64,000 nucleotides of DNA from Takakia lepidozioides (taxonomy: Eukaryota > Plantae > Bryophyta), in the NCBI GenBank assembly GCA_030704615.1, contig CM060732.1, forward strand, positions 74,772,001 to 74,836,000, written 5' to 3'. Every line of letters starts with the position of its first letter. Within the stretch, counting starts at the first letter, position 1. This document shows, piece by piece, positions 61,223 to 64,000 of this stretch. A program made the translations under genes and the position numbers. The notes under the pieces are model-generated. The model ran no database searches. It saw only the letters and a program-made list of their open reading frames with translations, and had not been told where the DNA came from.

Positions 61223-63470
61223 ATGACGAGGTGTCGTTTGATGGAGAACCCAGGGCCACGGCAGTAGGTGAATGCGGAGACTGCAACACAAGAGCAGACC
61301 GACAATGAGGCAGCATATGTCACACAGTCAGAGAGAACAGTGAGCGTTGGAAACCAGACTGTGGAAGCAGAGATGCTTCGCAGGGAAACTGAAGGAGGTG
61401 GAAGTCCGGGGAACGCTGAACCGAGACAAGGTCTACAAACCCTAGAGCAGACAGAAATTCCAGCAGATGTGAGAGGGAAGAGGAAAGCTGCAGAAGGGGA
61501 TCCAAATTCAAAACCTTAGAAGGCGCCAGTAAGTGTTCTCTACCTTCCATTTCCTATTTACAGATCTACGAAGAGAGTGAGTGCAATGTCCTAGAAAGTG
61601 ATGGTCGGTACCGACCATCACTATGAAGCCATGTTGATTTGCTTTGTACTCCTCTGTTTATGGTTTTCCACACCAGCAGTTTGTGACTGGCGGTACCGCC
61701 ATTCACTGTTCTTCAGATCATAGAGTCAGTCTGATTGCCTTTCAAGCACTCCTTCTCTTTCATTCTGTAGCAGGAACCTGTGATTGTCGACAACGTCATT
61801 CTCTTTCTTTTTCAAAACTCTCATTATGATACAACAGAAAGTGAGTGTCGTTGCCGACATTAACTATGATCCAGTATTGACTTACACCAAACGCAATGCA
61901 TTCCATTCTAGTGTAGTGCGAGTGTCGTTAACGCCATTCGATTCTCCTCATGAGCTTCTTGAACCTGTATGCATGGAGAGAGAGTGACGGTCGGCATATT
62001 CAGTCATATAGTGTTGCATTGCATTTTCTCTATTTCAGGTTGAGCAGATTAGGGAAGTGGAATGGCGGTACCGCCAATCACTTTTTTTGAGACCATACTG
62101 TAGATTCACGTAGAGTATCGATTGCGAAGTACATTCCAGACAGACAAGAAATAGTGATTGTTTGTGAAGATAAGATCATCAAAATGGAGTCTCTCTGACT
62201 TATCTGCACTCACTTTCTGCCCTAAACTAGAGTGAGTGTCGGTGCCGCCAATCACTGAGACATATATTTCATTACACCAAACCGATCCAGTAGGTCCTTC
62301 AAATGTAATGTTTTTCGATTGTCGTTAACGCCGTTCGCTAATGCTCAGATCCTCTCTGTACCTGTTTGCCCAGAAACATAGTGATTGTCAGTACTGACCA
62401 TCACTATGTAGTCACACTGTTTTGGTTTGCATTCGTCTGGATCAGCTTTGTTTGTGTAGATGGTTGTGAATGTCGGTGCCGCCATTCACTGTTATTTGAG
62501 ACGAGACAGACTGATGGTCGGTACCGACATTCACTATTTGCACATAACTCACTGTTTGATTGACATGGCGTCATGCAGAAAACTGTGAAGTCGAAGCAGA
62601 CAGGAACAGAGGCAAAAGGTTCTGGAGATGGGGACGAGTTTGCCAAGAGCTCCGAGAATAGCGATGAAGCAGATGAACGTGAAGTGCACTACCTTGACAA
62701 GGTGAAAGAACTTATGTCATTCCAGAAGGTAAACTCTCAGGAGGTTATTAGGGACATGCTCGTCTCTGGAGGGCGTCTGGACATCCCACTATGCCGGATG
62801 ATATCTATGCCTGTTGTGCGTCCTCCTCTTTCCCATGACATTACAAAATTGGAAACTGATTTCGTGCATGGATATAGACTTGGTGCACAAGTTTTTTATG
62901 TGTCACTGACGGATACAAATGGAAAAAACACATTAGTGTCTCCTGAGATCACAGATATTTGGGATGAGTGCTGGAAGGATGTTAATGAGGAGTTCGAGCT
63001 GGGCCTCATGATGGGAAGAAACACCCAACAATTCTGCAACCACATGTTCTACGTCTGGGACAGCAACCACCGATTGCTGGCATGGATGGGATACATTCAG
63101 AAACATCATGCGAAAGACAAAGACAAACATGTTGCTGTAGAGGCAATGGTTTTGGATCCTGGAAACGACATCGCTAGGCTTCTTACAGCTATGCACGACG
63201 TGAACAAGTAAGTCATCATTGAGACTCCATTGCCTCTCCAACGTCTTGTTAATCCCACCAAAAAACGATGTTTCCCAATGCATTGTTTCCAATCTTTTTG
63301 CAGATCGATAGAGAAATCGCATGTGACAACGAGCTTGGTCCACACACTGTTCCGAATTCAGAGGATTGGTCTGATGAAGCTGTATGATTTTCGCACAGTA
63401 CTCCACCCCGATATAATCAAGAAGTGTGAAACATGAAGAGTTGCAGACACTTGGTATTCTTTGACTCGAG
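61223..63470 (+). pseudogene. Spliced ParB/Sulfiredoxin-like domain gene (exons 61223-61528, 62579-63207, 63304-~63470), with premature stops; probably TE-borne
   Basis: RLDIPLCRM...VVRPPLSHDITKLE.DF..GY....VFYVS ... MFYVWDSNHRLLAW (ParB/Srx DG.HR motif, one G>A from DGNHR) ... AM.DVN; GT-AG junctions in phase; stops are TAG/TGA compatible with C>T decay. Confidence 0.7.
61597..62535. repeat. Interspersed array of ~12 copies of a 26-bp palindrome within intron 1 of the ParB-like gene
   Basis: Copies start at 61597 (perfect palindrome agtgatggtcggtaccgaccatcact), 61682, 61779, 61840, 61917, 61983 (shortened), 62057, 62231, 62314, 62380, 62465, 62510. Confidence 0.9.
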
Positions 63471-64000
63471 AGGATCAAGACAAGGAGAAAAGGTTGTGGT
63501 GGCTGCTTGTACATGTATGCGGTAAGGCTGAGCCTGTACTCAGTTGTCTTTCTGAATACATGTTTGTATTTTGTTTTGTACTCATCCCTATTTTGATCAA
63601 TGTAGCAAGAACTGGCAGAGGCAGCTGAGAAGGGGAAATCCAAATACTACCGCACTACAACAGAGGAACTTACACTACAATACACCCTATGTAATTTCGA
63701 CGATTTAGTTTGATGCTGGCGTCGACTGTTGTCACTTTCGACTGTTCTAACCATTTTGCAGGCAAAATTTATATTAAAATATTCGAAGTGCTAGACAATC
63801 GCGAAAATTTTGACTGTAGTGAGAGACTTTGACTATCTAAAGTGAGCTGACTGAGACAACCACTTAAGCACGTGTAATCACAATATATAAATTATATAGC
63901 AATATATATATATATGGATAATAAGAAGTAAAAACATTTAACTATTTTTTTACTGACCCATCACATTAATATTAAACTAATCGTGTGCTGGTTAATGTTA

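Noticed and set aside
61597-62535. CRISPR array
   Set aside because: Eukaryotic intron, degenerate repeats, spacer lengths of about 19-148 bp, spacers related to each other by duplication, and no cas genes
62933-63643. 236-aa minus-strand ORF
   Set aside because: Antisense shadow of the ParB-like exons and intron; no recognisable motifs
63653-63664. CACTACAACAGA identical to the first 12 nt of the CACTA TIR
   Set aside because: No subterminal ATGACTAC motifs follow and no partner TIR is in the window; cannot be supported as an element end

Overview
Eukaryotic nuclear DNA from a land plant; gene style and TE lineages suggest a non-seed plant, but the species cannot be determined. The first ~34 kb is gene-dense with short GT-AG introns: an OSB-like PDF-motif gene (partial, degenerate), ISY1, a 3-hydroxyisobutyryl-CoA hydrolase-like gene, VPS9, a UPF0426 plastid protein, a small secreted orphan, a SANT/Myb-like protein, BLOS1 and NDUFA2, interspersed with MITE-like elements and a truncated LINE. 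From ~34 kb to the end lies a nested transposon island. It holds fragments of an iMet-primed Ty3/gypsy family, two related non-chromovirus Ty3/gypsy elements that share an uncharacterised extra domain upstream of Gag, and a complete 12.5-kb CACTA element (TIRs plus AAT TSD). The CACTA element has an intact transposase, a TnpA-like gene containing an FCP1/NIF-like HAD domain, and captured OSB/PPR-like exons. The most striking feature is at the right end: a spliced ParB/Srx-like gene whose first intron holds about 12 copies of a 26-bp palindrome (AGTGAnTGTCGGTACCGmCATTCACT) separated by diverged spacers, an arrangement reminiscent of ParB/parS.
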